From Planctomycetota bacterium (GTDB lineage Bacteria; Planctomycetota; SZUA-567; H5-PLA8): DNA of 64,000 nucleotides. Positions 18,515 to 28,361 of the stretch are shown in pieces (positions within the stretch are counted from its first letter, which is position 1; the number at the start of each line of letters is the position of its first letter). The notes under the pieces were generated by a model. The model saw only the letters and a list, made by a program, of their open reading frames with translations, was not told the origin of the DNA and did no database searches. Location: the NCBI GenBank assembly GCA_038227875.1, contig JBBRPR010000001.1:160001-224000 (forward strand), read 5' to 3'. The position numbers and the translations under genes are program-made.

Positions 18515-20146
18515 ATGGGCATGCGCGAGGCGACGCGGAAGGAACGGGTGGTGCAGGGGCTGCTGGCGCTGCTCTGCCTGGCTCCGCTACTTTGCGCGTT
18601 TTTCTTGAATGGTGGGCTCTCGTCGACTGAAACTGCTCCGACGGCAGAACAGATTGCATCGCATCGCTACGAATTGCTGGCGGCCGGGGCGCGCAGCTTG
18701 CTCGTTGCGCTCTCGGCAACGGCGGTCGCGGCGGGCGTGGGGATTCCGGCGGCGTGGGCGTTGGCGCAGCGGCGGCGGCCGCTGTTGATGCTGGTGCTCT
18801 GCGCGCTGCCGCTGGCGTTGCCGGCCTCGGTGGCGGTGAGCGGGTGGGTGCGGATGTTTGCGCCGGGAGCGGCGTCGAGTTTCGCGCCGCCGGCGATCAC
18901 GGCAGGCCAAGTGCCGCGCGGGTTGCTCTTCAGCTCGTTCGGCGCGGCGTTGATTCAAGGTTTCAGCCTCTGGCCGCTGATCGCGTTTGAACTCTGGCCG
19001 GCCTTCCGGCGTGCGCGGAGCGAATCGTACGACGCGGCGGTGTTGAGCGGTTCGCGGCTGCGCGCGTTTTTGCGCGTCGTACTTCCGCAGTGCAAGGGCG
19101 AACTGGCGGCCGGCGCATTGCTGGCGTTTCTGCTGGCGATCAGCGATTTCAGTGTCTGCTCGCTGTTGCTGATTCGCACGCTGCCAGTGGAAATCCACGA
19201 CGCTCTGATGTTGGGAAAGACCACCAGCGCGGCGTGGTCGGCGGCGCCGCTGCTGCTGCTGGTCGCGATCGCGGCGCTCTCGTTTTCGCGTCTGTCCAGA
19301 AGCCATTACAACTCCGGCACGCCGGTGCAACTGCCTGCGGGAGCGCCGCACAGTTGGGCGGCGTCGGTGCTCTTAATCGGCGGCGTGCTCGCCGGCTTCG
19401 CGGCGCCAATGGTCGGTTGCGCGGCGGGCATTCCCGCGACGGAAAAATCGATCTCGCTGGCACTGCGCGTCGGCGTCGATTCGCTGGCGCTCTCGGTGCG
19501 ATTGGCGGCGGCCGTGGCGTTGCTCTCCGGCTTGCTGGCGATCGCCCGCGTGCTCGCCTGGCCCGATACCCGGACGCGCGCGCTGAACGCGGCGGGATTG
19601 TTTCTGCTCGCGATTCCCGGCTCGTTTCTGGCGACGGCGGTTTTCGCGATTCAACTGAACGCGTCATCGACGTTGGAAGGCGCGCAGTTGGAGCGCCTCG
19701 CGGCGCTGATTCCAGCGGCGAGCCTGGGGCTGGCGCTGCTGGTCCGCTTTCTGTATGTGCCACTTCGATTGGTGGAAGAAGGGCTCGCGTCCGTCGATCA
19801 TGAAGTGCTGGACTCCGCGGCGCTGGCGGGGCATGGGCGGCTTTCGGTGGCGATTTCCGTCGCGCTACCGCTGCTCCTTCCGCACATCGCGGCGGCGACG
19901 GCGCTGGTGTTTATCCTGGCACTGGGCGAAATTCCGCTCGCCGACCGGCTCTCGCCACCGGGCGCAATTACGGCCATGGTCTGGCTTTTTCAGCAGCAGC
20001 ACATGGGCTACGACGCGGGCGTGTTTGGGCTGAGCTTCTTGATGGGCGCAGTTTGCGCCGGAGTCCTTTTTGCCACTGGCGCGGCGGCGGCGTTGGCGCG
20101 AAAATTGTTCCATCTGACGAGAAGCAGCGGTAGTTTTGAGTTTTGA
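18515..20146 (+). CDS. ABC transporter permease (Fe3+/FbpB-like, two membrane cassettes)
   Basis: Many TM helices; two EAA-loop-like motifs (YDAAVLSG, LDSAALAG); RTLPVEI. Confidence 0.8.
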   Translation: MGMREATRKERVVQGLLALLCLAPLLCAFFLNGGLSSTETAPTAEQIASHRYELLAAGARSLLVALSATAVAAGVGIPAAWALAQRRRPLLMLVLCALPLALPASVAVSGWVRMFAPGAASSFAPPAITAGQVPRGLLFSSFGAALIQGFSLWPLIAFELWPAFRRARSESYDAAVLSGSRLRAFLRVVLPQCKGELAAGALLAFLLAISDFSVCSLLLIRTLPVEIHDALMLGKTTSAAWSAAPLLLLVAIAALSFSRLSRSHYNSGTPVQLPAGAPHSWAASVLLIGGVLAGFAAPMVGCAAGIPATEKSISLALRVGVDSLALSVRLAAAVALLSGLLAIARVLAWPDTRTRALNAAGLFLLAIPGSFLATAVFAIQLNASSTLEGAQLERLAALIPAASLGLALLVRFLYVPLRLVEEGLASVDHEVLDSAALAGHGRLSVAISVALPLLLPHIAAATALVFILALGEIPLADRLSPPGAITAMVWLFQQQHMGYDAGVFGLSFLMGAVCAGVLFATGAAAALARKLFHLTRSSGSFEF

Positions 20147-20166
20147 GTTTTTAGTTTTGAATTGTG
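20132..20166 (+). repeat. Heptamer tandem repeat (AGTTTTG)n
   Basis: AGTTTTG AGTTTTG AGTTTTT AGTTTTG AATTGTG; supplies the permease stop codon. Confidence 0.85.
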
Positions 20167-20199
20167 TTGCAATAGATTGAGTTGTACGAGGGTCGGCGA

Positions 20200-20898
20200 G
20201 TGAACAGTTTGGAAGTTCGGGGCTTGATCAAGACGTTGAACGGCGATGGCGCGCAGCGCGGTTCGGCGGTGCTGCGCGGCGTGGATTTGTCGATCCGCCC
20301 GGGCGAATGCCTGGGGCTGAAGGGTTCGACGGGCAGCGGGAAGAGCACGCTGTTGCGCGCGATCGCGGGGTTGCTCAAGCCGGACGCCGGCGAGATCACG
20401 CTCGAAGGTGCGCTCCTTTCCGACGACCAGATCCGCGTGCCGCCGGCCAAGCGGCGCATCGCGATGGTCTTTCAGAATCTGGGGCTGTGGCCGCACATGA
20501 CCGTCAACGGCCACCTCAACTTCGTGCTCGCAGCCGAACCGTTGACGCGCGACGAGCGCGCGCGGCGGCTGACGGAAGTCTCGACCGCCTTTGTGCTCAA
20601 TGGACTCAACGACCGCTATCCCGCCGAACTTTCCGGCGGCGAGCGCCATCTGCTGGCGCTGGCCCGTGCGTTCTGCGGCGATGTGAAATTGCTGCTGCTC
20701 GACGAGCCGTTCACCGGTCTCGACGGCGCGTTGAAAAAGCGCGTGCTCGACACCCTGCGCGCCGAACGCTCACGCCGTAACCTCACAACGCTGCTGGTGA
20801 CCCACGACGACGAAGAGATGCGGGCGCTGGCGACGCGCGTGGAACACCTGAGCGAAGGCCGAATTCTCGAACGACTCACAAAAGAATGCGGAATCTGA
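20200..20898 (+). CDS. ABC transporter ATP-binding protein (FbpC-like)
   Basis: GSTGSGKS, MVFQNLGLWPHMTV, LSGGE, LLDEPF, VTHD. Confidence 0.9.
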   Translation: MNSLEVRGLIKTLNGDGAQRGSAVLRGVDLSIRPGECLGLKGSTGSGKSTLLRAIAGLLKPDAGEITLEGALLSDDQIRVPPAKRRIAMVFQNLGLWPHMTVNGHLNFVLAAEPLTRDERARRLTEVSTAFVLNGLNDRYPAELSGGERHLLALARAFCGDVKLLLLDEPFTGLDGALKKRVLDTLRAERSRRNLTTLLVTHDDEEMRALATRVEHLSEGRILERLTKECGI

Positions 20899-21021
20899 AC
20901 AACGAGCAGTGACTCACTAGCGGGCCGTGGGTATTGTAATTAATTTGGTCGTTGTCCTGCGCTTTAATTCCGCGCCTGACGACATAACTTATTTCATAGG
21001 TTTAGGTTAAGGTGTCCCGAT

Positions 21022-22038
21022 TTGATGCGCGGTCTCTCCCGGCCAATCGTGCTGCTGGTTACTGTGGTGCTTGTCACCCTGGGGCTGGCGTGGTTCCTGC
21101 TCGCGGGAGTGCGTTCGAACGCGTCGGCAGCGACGGAACCTACCTTTTATAAGACCCCCGATGGCTTCGCGAAGAAGTGGAAGGTGCTCGGAAAACAGGG
21201 CACGAATCTCGGCGAGTTCCAGCAACCGCGCGGCATCGTCGGCCTGAAAGACGGCTCGTTCGTGGTGCTCGACCGCGCCGCACGCGTGCAACATCTGGCC
21301 AAGGATGGAAAGCCGCTGAGCGTGTTCTGCATGAAGGATCACGAGCTGGGCAATCCGAAAGGCCTGTGCGAACTGCCCAATAAACACTTGCTGATCTGCG
21401 ACACGCACTACGGCCGGCTGGTGGAGATGACGATCGAAGGCGAGATCATCAAGTTCTGGGGACACAACGGTTTTGAGCCCGGGAACTTTACGCATCCGAT
21501 GTCCGCGGCGATCGATCTCACGCGCGGCTTCGTCTACATCGTCAACTACGGCGATTACACGGATTGCGTCGACAAGTTTTCGATCGACGGCAAGTACCTG
21601 ATGCGCTGGGGTACCTTCGGCACGGAGCCCACGCAACTGCAGCGGCCCAGCGGCGTGGCGGTGGATTCGGAAGGCAGCGTGTATGTCGCCGATTCCTGCA
21701 ACCATCGCATCTCCAAGTTCGATCCGGACGGCAAGTTGATCAAGAATTTTGGCGAGATGGGCGAAGCGCCGGGGCAGTTGCGCTACCCGTACGATGTCGC
21801 CTGCGGGCCGGGAGATTTGCTGTACGTCGTGGAATTCAACAACCATCGCGTTAGCGTCTTTGATAAAGAAGGCACTTTTATGCGGGCGATCGGGGGGCCG
21901 GGAATTCGCGATGGCGAGTTTCGCAACCCGTGGAGCCTGACGGTGGACGTCAACGGGAGGTTGATGGTCTCGGACACGGCCAACTTCCGCGTCCAGATTC
22001 TGGAATTGGAAAAAGAGAAAACGGTTTCGAAGATCTAA
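21022..22038 (+). CDS. Exported NHL-repeat six-bladed beta-propeller protein
   Basis: N-terminal hydrophobic helix; repeated G..PG.F..P.G.AVD...YVAD..NHRI units. Confidence 0.9.
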   Translation: MMRGLSRPIVLLVTVVLVTLGLAWFLLAGVRSNASAATEPTFYKTPDGFAKKWKVLGKQGTNLGEFQQPRGIVGLKDGSFVVLDRAARVQHLAKDGKPLSVFCMKDHELGNPKGLCELPNKHLLICDTHYGRLVEMTIEGEIIKFWGHNGFEPGNFTHPMSAAIDLTRGFVYIVNYGDYTDCVDKFSIDGKYLMRWGTFGTEPTQLQRPSGVAVDSEGSVYVADSCNHRISKFDPDGKLIKNFGEMGEAPGQLRYPYDVACGPGDLLYVVEFNNHRVSVFDKEGTFMRAIGGPGIRDGEFRNPWSLTVDVNGRLMVSDTANFRVQILELEKEKTVSKI

Positions 22039-22041
22039 ACG

Positions 22042-25000
22042 TTGTCAGTAAAGACGGACCGGGAGCAGCTGCGCGTGCCAGAGATTATTTGGGATAAACT
22101 TTACCTGTGGCTCGTGGCGCTCTCGCCGGTGATCGCGATGGTGATCACGCTGTTCGCGCGCAACTGGAATTCGATGTCGCCGGCGCGCATCAAGCGGTAC
22201 CTGATCGTCGTCGGCGTCTTCTTCGCGGCGTTGCTGGGCTACGTGGGCTACGACAGCGTTCGCAAGCAGGGCGAAGTTTCGCGGCACGTGCACGTTCAAC
22301 ACCCGGAAATGCTGCTGATCATCATCCCGCTGCTCGCGTTTCTGCTCTTCCTGCAGCTCAAGACGCTGTCGGGAATTTCACGCGGGCGCATGTGGACGGC
22401 CTTCCTGATCCGCGCCTCGATTTTCAATCTCCTGATCCTGGCGCTGGCCGGGCTGCAGATGGTGATTGAGCGCGATACGCTGAGCGTACTCTTCGCGCTG
22501 GACTGTTCCAAGAGCGTGCCGGAGAGCGAACGGCAGCGCGCGATTGAATTCATGAAGAAGGCGCTGCCGGCGAAGAAGTCGAATGACGAAGCGGGGCTGC
22601 TGGTCTTCGGCGGCAAAGGCATGCTGGAGAAGTCGCCCAGTCCGCTTTTCACCCCGCCGGACGCCAAGAACATCAAGTCGGTGGTCAACGGCGACGCCAC
22701 GGACATCGCGCAGGCGCTGCGCATTTCGCTCTCGCATCTGAACGAAAGTTCGCGCCGCCGCGTGGTGCTCTTCACCGACGGCGGCCAGACCACCGGCGAC
22801 GCGGCGGATGCGCTCAAACGCGTGGTGAGCATGGGCGCGGACGTCTGGGTCGTGCCGCTGTCGCGCGGCAACGATGCCGAAATGCTGATCGACAAAATCG
22901 TCGTGCCCAACGAACTGATGTGGGAGCAGCCGTTCGACGCGCACGTCTTTGTCTACTCCAACATCACCGCCCACGCCCGCGTGAAACTCTACACTGGCGA
23001 CAAGCCCGGCGAGAAGGATCCGCCGTCGCTGGAACAGTCCGTCGATCTCGTGCCGGGAAAAAATCGCGTCTCGTTCCAGGGCCTGCGCATGCACACCGGC
23101 GGCGCCAAGGAAATCAAAGCGGTGCTCGAACCGCTGCGCCGCGAAGATGACACGCTTTCGGAAAACAACGAAGCCTACGCTTTCACCGACGTTCAAACCG
23201 AAAGCCGCGTGCTGATCCTGACCAGCGACGTGAGCGAAGTGAAGTACCTGCTCTCCGCGCTGGAAGACCAGAAGATGACGCTCGATGTCCGTTCGGGCGC
23301 GACGCTGCCAGATAATCCGGAAGCGTATCGCGCGTACGACTGCATCGTGCTGGCCAACCTGGCGCGCGGATTTTTGAGCGAACAGCAGATGTCGGTGATC
23401 CAGAGCTGCGTTGAAGATCAGGGCGCGGGCCTGGTGATGATCGGCGGCGACCAGAGCTTCGGGGCCGGCGGTTATCTCGGGACGCCGATCGAAAAAGTGC
23501 TGCCCGTCGACATGGATCTGCAGAACCAGCGCGTGATGCCCAGCGGCGCGCTCTGCCTGGTGCTTCACACCTGCGAATTCGCCGACGGCAACGGCTGGGC
23601 GAAGAAGATCTCCAAAGCCGCGATCCACACGCTCTCGCCGCAGGATTATGCCGGTCTGATTTACTGGGGCGGCTGGAACAACGGCAGCGGCGAAACCTGG
23701 GCGTTCAAGCCGACGCTGATCGGCAACCGCATCAATTACCTCTTCAACCTGATCGACAATTGCGACCCCAGCGACATGCCGTCGCTGGAGACGATCATCT
23801 CGCTGGCCGTCACGGCGCTGGCCAATCTCAAGAACGTGAGTTTGAAGCACTGCATCGTGATCACCGACGGCGATCCGTCGCCGCCCTCGGCCGCGACCAT
23901 CGCCGCCGCGAAGGCCGCGAAGATCACGATCACGACGATCTCCATTTTCCCGCACGGCGGCGCGGACGTCTCGGTGCTCAAGGACGTCTCGGCGCAGACC
24001 GGCGGGCGTTACTATTCCGCCGACGATCCGAAGAAGCTGCCGCAGATTTTCATCAAGGAAGCGGCGGTCGTCCGCAAGAGCCTGATCCGCGCCGACGACA
24101 AGGGCATCCCGATTTCGCTGGGTGCGGTCGGTCCGACGCTGAAGGAATTCGGCACGTCGTTCCCGCCCGTTCGCGCTTTTGTGATGACGCAGCCGAAGAA
24201 ACTCGCCGAAGTGCAGCTCCACACCGTGGTCGACGGTGAAAAGATTCCGATTCTCGCGTCGTGGCAGCACGGGCTGGGCAAGGCCGTGGCCTTCACGCCG
24301 GACGCCACCAACCGCTGGGCGCCGGATTGGGTCAAGTGGCCGAGCTACAAGAAATTCTGGACGAACATGTTCACGTGGGTCAGCCGCCAGCGCATGCCGT
24401 CGAACCACACCATTACCACGCGCATTGAAGCCGGCGTCGCGCATGTGGTGATCGAAGGTTTCGACAACAAGGGCGATTACCTCAATTTTGCCAAGCTGGT
24501 CGGCAACGCGATCGATCCGGAAGTCGCGCGCGGCGGCAACGACAGCCAGACGTTTGACCTGAGTTTCGTGATGACCGCACCAGGACGCTACGAAGCGACG
24601 TTCCCCGTGACCAAGGCCGGCGCGTATTCGATCACGGTGATCGATCAGTCCGATCCGCGCCACCCGAACACGATCGTCACGGGTCTGGCCAACAGCTATA
24701 GCGCGGAATTTGCGCATCAGGAAGGCAACGAACTGCTGCTGACGCAACTGGGCGATATCGCGACGGGCAAGAACACGGTCAGCCGGCTGAAAGACCTGAA
24801 CAAGCTGACGGCGACGGCCGCCGACTGCGGCGTGTTCGCGCACGATCTTCCTCCCGCCAAGGAGCCCAGTGATTTGTTCTGGCCGCTGATCATCGCGGCG
24901 CTGGTGCTCTTCCCGCTCGACGTTGCGGTGCGGCGCCTGGCGCTGGATCCAGAAAAGGCATTTGTGTATGGCTCCGAGAAACTCTCGCCGATGCTCGTGG

Positions 25001-25302
25001 CCCTGCGCCTGAAGAAGCAGCAGATGCAGACGGCCGCCACCGAAGCGCTGGCCGGCAGCCGCGGCGTTCCGCCGAGCACGGAGATTGTCCCCAGCGGCGA
25101 AAACAGCCGCGCGGCGCAGAGTCGGTTCGAGCAGGCCGGCAGCAGCGCTGAAGCGCAGAACATGGATCTGGCGCCGAAGGCCGACGTGGGCAAGAAGCCG
25201 ATGGTCGGCGGCACCAAAGTCACTCCGACCGACGACGCGGCAAGCGATTACACGCGCGCGTTGCTGAAGGCGAAGAAGCGGGCGAAGAAGGATGACGAAT
25301 AA
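22042..25302 (+). CDS. Membrane protein with VWA domains and glutamine-amidotransferase-like domain
   Basis: DCSKS MIDAS, LFTDG, GAGLVMIGGDQSFGAGGY...LPVDM, ITDGDP, WQHGLGKAVAF; C-terminal TM. Confidence 0.85.
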   Translation: MSVKTDREQLRVPEIIWDKLYLWLVALSPVIAMVITLFARNWNSMSPARIKRYLIVVGVFFAALLGYVGYDSVRKQGEVSRHVHVQHPEMLLIIIPLLAFLLFLQLKTLSGISRGRMWTAFLIRASIFNLLILALAGLQMVIERDTLSVLFALDCSKSVPESERQRAIEFMKKALPAKKSNDEAGLLVFGGKGMLEKSPSPLFTPPDAKNIKSVVNGDATDIAQALRISLSHLNESSRRRVVLFTDGGQTTGDAADALKRVVSMGADVWVVPLSRGNDAEMLIDKIVVPNELMWEQPFDAHVFVYSNITAHARVKLYTGDKPGEKDPPSLEQSVDLVPGKNRVSFQGLRMHTGGAKEIKAVLEPLRREDDTLSENNEAYAFTDVQTESRVLILTSDVSEVKYLLSALEDQKMTLDVRSGATLPDNPEAYRAYDCIVLANLARGFLSEQQMSVIQSCVEDQGAGLVMIGGDQSFGAGGYLGTPIEKVLPVDMDLQNQRVMPSGALCLVLHTCEFADGNGWAKKISKAAIHTLSPQDYAGLIYWGGWNNGSGETWAFKPTLIGNRINYLFNLIDNCDPSDMPSLETIISLAVTALANLKNVSLKHCIVITDGDPSPPSAATIAAAKAAKITITTISIFPHGGADVSVLKDVSAQTGGRYYSADDPKKLPQIFIKEAAVVRKSLIRADDKGIPISLGAVGPTLKEFGTSFPPVRAFVMTQPKKLAEVQLHTVVDGEKIPILASWQHGLGKAVAFTPDATNRWAPDWVKWPSYKKFWTNMFTWVSRQRMPSNHTITTRIEAGVAHVVIEGFDNKGDYLNFAKLVGNAIDPEVARGGNDSQTFDLSFVMTAPGRYEATFPVTKAGAYSITVIDQSDPRHPNTIVTGLANSYSAEFAHQEGNELLLTQLGDIATGKNTVSRLKDLNKLTATAADCGVFAHDLPPAKEPSDLFWPLIIAALVLFPLDVAVRRLALDPEKAFVYGSEKLSPMLVALRLKKQQMQTAATEALAGSRGVPPSTEIVPSGENSRAAQSRFEQAGSSAEAQNMDLAPKADVGKKPMVGGTKVTPTDDAASDYTRALLKAKKRAKKDDE

Positions 25303-25886
25303 TGAAAATCGCCGACCCGGAAACCAAACGTTGGACGCGCGATGAATTCTACCGCATGGTCGAGGACGGTTATTTTGACGGACAGCGCGCCGAATTAATC
25401 GGAGGTGAAGTACTGGTCATGAGTCCGCAAAACCCTCCGCACTTTTCGGAAATCAAGCGAATCGAAACGCAGTTGCAATTCGTTTTCGACAAGGGCTTCT
25501 GGATTAGAACACAAGGACCACTCTCATTGGGATTGGATTCGGATCCCGAGCCGGATCTGGCCGTCGTGAAGGGTACTTTCGAAGACTTTTCGAACTCACA
25601 CCCCACATCGGCGTTGCTGATCGTCGAAGTAGCCGACACCACTCTGGACTACGACCGCGGTCGCAAAGCGAGCCTTTACGCCAGTGCCGGAATCGCCGAC
25701 TACTGGATCGTGAACCTGCGCGACAACCAACTCGAAGTCTGCCGCAAGCCAGTTCGCGATCGTGCGCAGCAGTTTGGATTCCGGTACGATCAGGTCACGA
25801 TTCTGAAATCCGGAAGAAAGATCGCGCCGCTGGCGAAATCTAAAAGTGTTCTTTCCGTTGGAAAACTGCTGCCGCCTGAACGTTGA
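25302..25886 (+). CDS. Uma2 family putative endonuclease
   Basis: RWTRDEFYRM, ELIGGEV, PEPDLAVV, LIVEVADTTL.YDR..K..LYASAGIADYWIVNL. Confidence 0.92.
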   Translation: MKIADPETKRWTRDEFYRMVEDGYFDGQRAELIGGEVLVMSPQNPPHFSEIKRIETQLQFVFDKGFWIRTQGPLSLGLDSDPEPDLAVVKGTFEDFSNSHPTSALLIVEVADTTLDYDRGRKASLYASAGIADYWIVNLRDNQLEVCRKPVRDRAQQFGFRYDQVTILKSGRKIAPLAKSKSVLSVGKLLPPER

Positions 25887-25907
25887 ACGAGCGATAGAGG
25901 AGAAACA

Positions 25908-26915
25908 ATGTCCACCGAACCGGTCACCCAGCAATCCCAGGAATTCCGCGACGTCTTTCAGAAGCTCCGCGACGAAGTCGGCAAGGTCATGGTCGGCCAC
26001 CGCGAGATCATCGACGGTGTGCTGACCTGCATCTTCGCCGGCGGCAACTGTCTGCTCGAAGGCGCACCGGGGCTGGGCAAGACGCTGCTGGTTCGCACGC
26101 TCTCGCAGTGCCTGGACCTGCGCTTCTCACGCATCCAGTTCACGCCGGACTTGATGCCCGCCGACATCATCGGCACGAATATCGTGACCGAATCCGACGA
26201 CGGCAAGCGCGAGATGCGCTTCCAACCCGGACCGATTTTCGCGCAGATCGTGCTCGCCGACGAAGTCAACCGCGCCACGCCCAAGACGCAGTCGGCGCTG
26301 CTGGAAGCGATGCAGGAACATTCCGTGACCGTCGGCCGCACCATCTACAAGCTCGAACAGCCGTTCTTCGTGCTCGCCACGCAGAATCCGATCGAACAGG
26401 AAGGCACGTATCCGCTACCCGAAGCGCAGTTGGATCGTTTTCTGTTCAAGCTGAACGTCGGCTACTCCAACCGCCAGGACCTGGGCGAAGTGCTCCGCCG
26501 CACGACCGAAACGACGAAGTACGAAGCGTCGAAAGTGATCGACGGCGCGCAGCTGCTGAAGTACCGCAGCTTCGTGCGCCAGGCGCTGATCGCGCCACCG
26601 GTGCTCGACTACGCGGTGCGCCTGACGCTGGCGACTGTGCCCAATGGAGAATACGCGCCGGAAGCGACGAACAAATGGGTGCGCTTCGGTTCATCGCCGC
26701 GCGGCGCACAGGCGATGGTGCTCGCCGCCAAGATCCGCGGCCTGCTCGATGGCCGGTATCATGCGAGCTTCGAAGACGTGCAGGCTGTCGCGCTGCCGGC
26801 GCTGCGCCACCGCATCATTCTGAATTTTGAAGCCGAAGCGGAAAACATGAACACTGACAAGGTCGTGGCGGAACTCCTGCGGGACGTGCCGCGGGAAGTT
26901 GAAGCAGTGGCGTGA
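25908..26915 (+). CDS. MoxR family AAA+ ATPase
   Basis: EGAPGLGKT, RIQFTPDLMPADIIG, DEVNRATPKTQSALLEAM, ATQNPIEQEGTYPLPEAQLDRF. Confidence 0.95.
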   Translation: MSTEPVTQQSQEFRDVFQKLRDEVGKVMVGHREIIDGVLTCIFAGGNCLLEGAPGLGKTLLVRTLSQCLDLRFSRIQFTPDLMPADIIGTNIVTESDDGKREMRFQPGPIFAQIVLADEVNRATPKTQSALLEAMQEHSVTVGRTIYKLEQPFFVLATQNPIEQEGTYPLPEAQLDRFLFKLNVGYSNRQDLGEVLRRTTETTKYEASKVIDGAQLLKYRSFVRQALIAPPVLDYAVRLTLATVPNGEYAPEATNKWVRFGSSPRGAQAMVLAAKIRGLLDGRYHASFEDVQAVALPALRHRIILNFEAEAENMNTDKVVAELLRDVPREVEAVA

Positions 26916-26920
26916 ATGGC

Positions 26921-26956
26921 AGTTTGAGTGGTGAGTTTTTAGTTTTGAGTTGAGAG
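26921..26956 (+). repeat. Degenerate heptamer repeat (AGTTTTG family)
   Basis: AGTTTG AGTGGTG AGTTTTT AGTTTTG AGTTGAG just after the MoxR stop. Confidence 0.7.
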
Positions 26957-26965
26957 CAATCGGAC

Positions 26966-27406
26966 ATGGCGGACGATTCCGAAGAACAGAAAGCGGAATT
27001 GTCGGCTGCGGAGCAGCAGGAGGTTCAGCAGTTCGACGTGCTGATCGAGCGGGAACGGTACGCGCGCAACACCAGCCGCGCATCTGCCAGTGAACTGCGG
27101 ATGATGCTCTTCGGGACAATCGGGCTGATGTTGCCGCTGGTTGTCTGCTACCTGGCAATGGCGCGGAGTCAGGCGCGGATAGTTTCGACGTACGTGGCGA
27201 TCGTGGCGATCGTCGTGTCAGGGTGGGGGGTGTACAGGTCGTTTCGCGCCAACGCTTCGGCCAAACCCAAAGGCGTCGGCATTCTGTACGGACTGGTGTT
27301 CGCGATGTTGTTTCTCTTTTACGGCACGATGCTGCTGAGTTTCACGTACGTGTTCGATCCGGAATCCGGAAAAATCATGCAAACGCCGACGATCGTCAAA
27401 CCGTAG
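26966..27406 (+). CDS. Hypothetical membrane protein (3 TM)
   Basis: Acidic N-terminus followed by three hydrophobic helices. Confidence 0.7.
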   Translation: MADDSEEQKAELSAAEQQEVQQFDVLIERERYARNTSRASASELRMMLFGTIGLMLPLVVCYLAMARSQARIVSTYVAIVAIVVSGWGVYRSFRANASAKPKGVGILYGLVFAMLFLFYGTMLLSFTYVFDPESGKIMQTPTIVKP

Positions 27407-27434
27407 TATCGTCCAATCGTCCAGAGGACCTCCG

Positions 27435-28361
27435 ATGGCTGACGTTGAACAGGCACTGCCCGCTTCCGGTCCGCGCACCGACTCGATCCAGTTGCTCACG
27501 CCGGAGTTCATGGCGAAGCTCGGCGCGCTGGGTGTCGTCAGCCGCAAGATCCTGGCCGGAAAACTGCGCGGCGAACGCCGCAGCAAGAAGCGCGGCGAGT
27601 CGCTGGAGTTTGCCGATCACCGCCAGTATTCGCAGGGCGACGACTTGCGGCGCATCGACTGGAATCTTTACGGCCGCCTCGAAAAGTTGTTCCTCAAGCT
27701 GTTCCTCGCCGAGGAAGATTTGAGCGTCTACATCCTCGTCGATGGCTCGAAGTCGATGAATTATGGCTCGGTCAACAAGTTCGATTACGCGCGCAAGGTT
27801 GCGGCGGCGATTGCGTATGTCGGCATCAACAATCTCGACCGCGTCACACTGGGCGTCAACGCCGGGGGCAAGGAATACATCTTGCCGAATCTGCGCGGCA
27901 AGAAGCAGGTCTTCCGCCTCTTCGATTTTCTCTCCAAGATCCAGCCCGACGGCAAAACCGATCTGCTCGAAACCACGCGCCGCTTCATCATCCGCAACCG
28001 CCGGCCGGGCGTGCTGCTGTTCATCTCCGACTTCCTCGACCCGGAAGGCTACGAAGCGCCGCTCAAGGCGCTGGTCGGCAACCGCATGGATGTCTTCGCC
28101 GTCCACGTACTGGCCAAGGAGGAAGTCGAACCCGTTTTGACCGGCGACTACATGCTCGTCGACAGCGAATCCGGCGAACGCCTCGACGTCACCGCTTCGC
28201 GGCGATTGGTCGAGAACTACCAGAAGACCGTGCGCGGATTCTGTTCGTCGTTGCAGCAGTTCTGCTCCGCGCGCGGGATTGCGTATATGTTTGCGTCGAC
28301 CGATCTGCCCTTCGAAGCTTTAGTGTTGAATTACCTGCGCGCCGCAGGAATGGTGCGATAG
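27435..28361 (+). CDS. DUF58 domain protein (MoxR-associated)
   Basis: GERRSKKRGESLEFADHRQY..GDDLRRIDWN, DGSKSM, ISDFLD. Confidence 0.93.
   Translation: MADVEQALPASGPRTDSIQLLTPEFMAKLGALGVVSRKILAGKLRGERRSKKRGESLEFADHRQYSQGDDLRRIDWNLYGRLEKLFLKLFLAEEDLSVYILVDGSKSMNYGSVNKFDYARKVAAAIAYVGINNLDRVTLGVNAGGKEYILPNLRGKKQVFRLFDFLSKIQPDGKTDLLETTRRFIIRNRRPGVLLFISDFLDPEGYEAPLKALVGNRMDVFAVHVLAKEEVEPVLTGDYMLVDSESGERLDVTASRRLVENYQKTVRGFCSSLQQFCSARGIAYMFASTDLPFEALVLNYLRAAGMVR

Noticed and set aside
22378..24843. 821-aa antisense ORF, and similar ones such as 52188-53768, 57743-59521 and 33618-34751
   Set aside because: Shadow frames opposite well-supported genes, as expected in high-GC DNA; no recognisable motifs.
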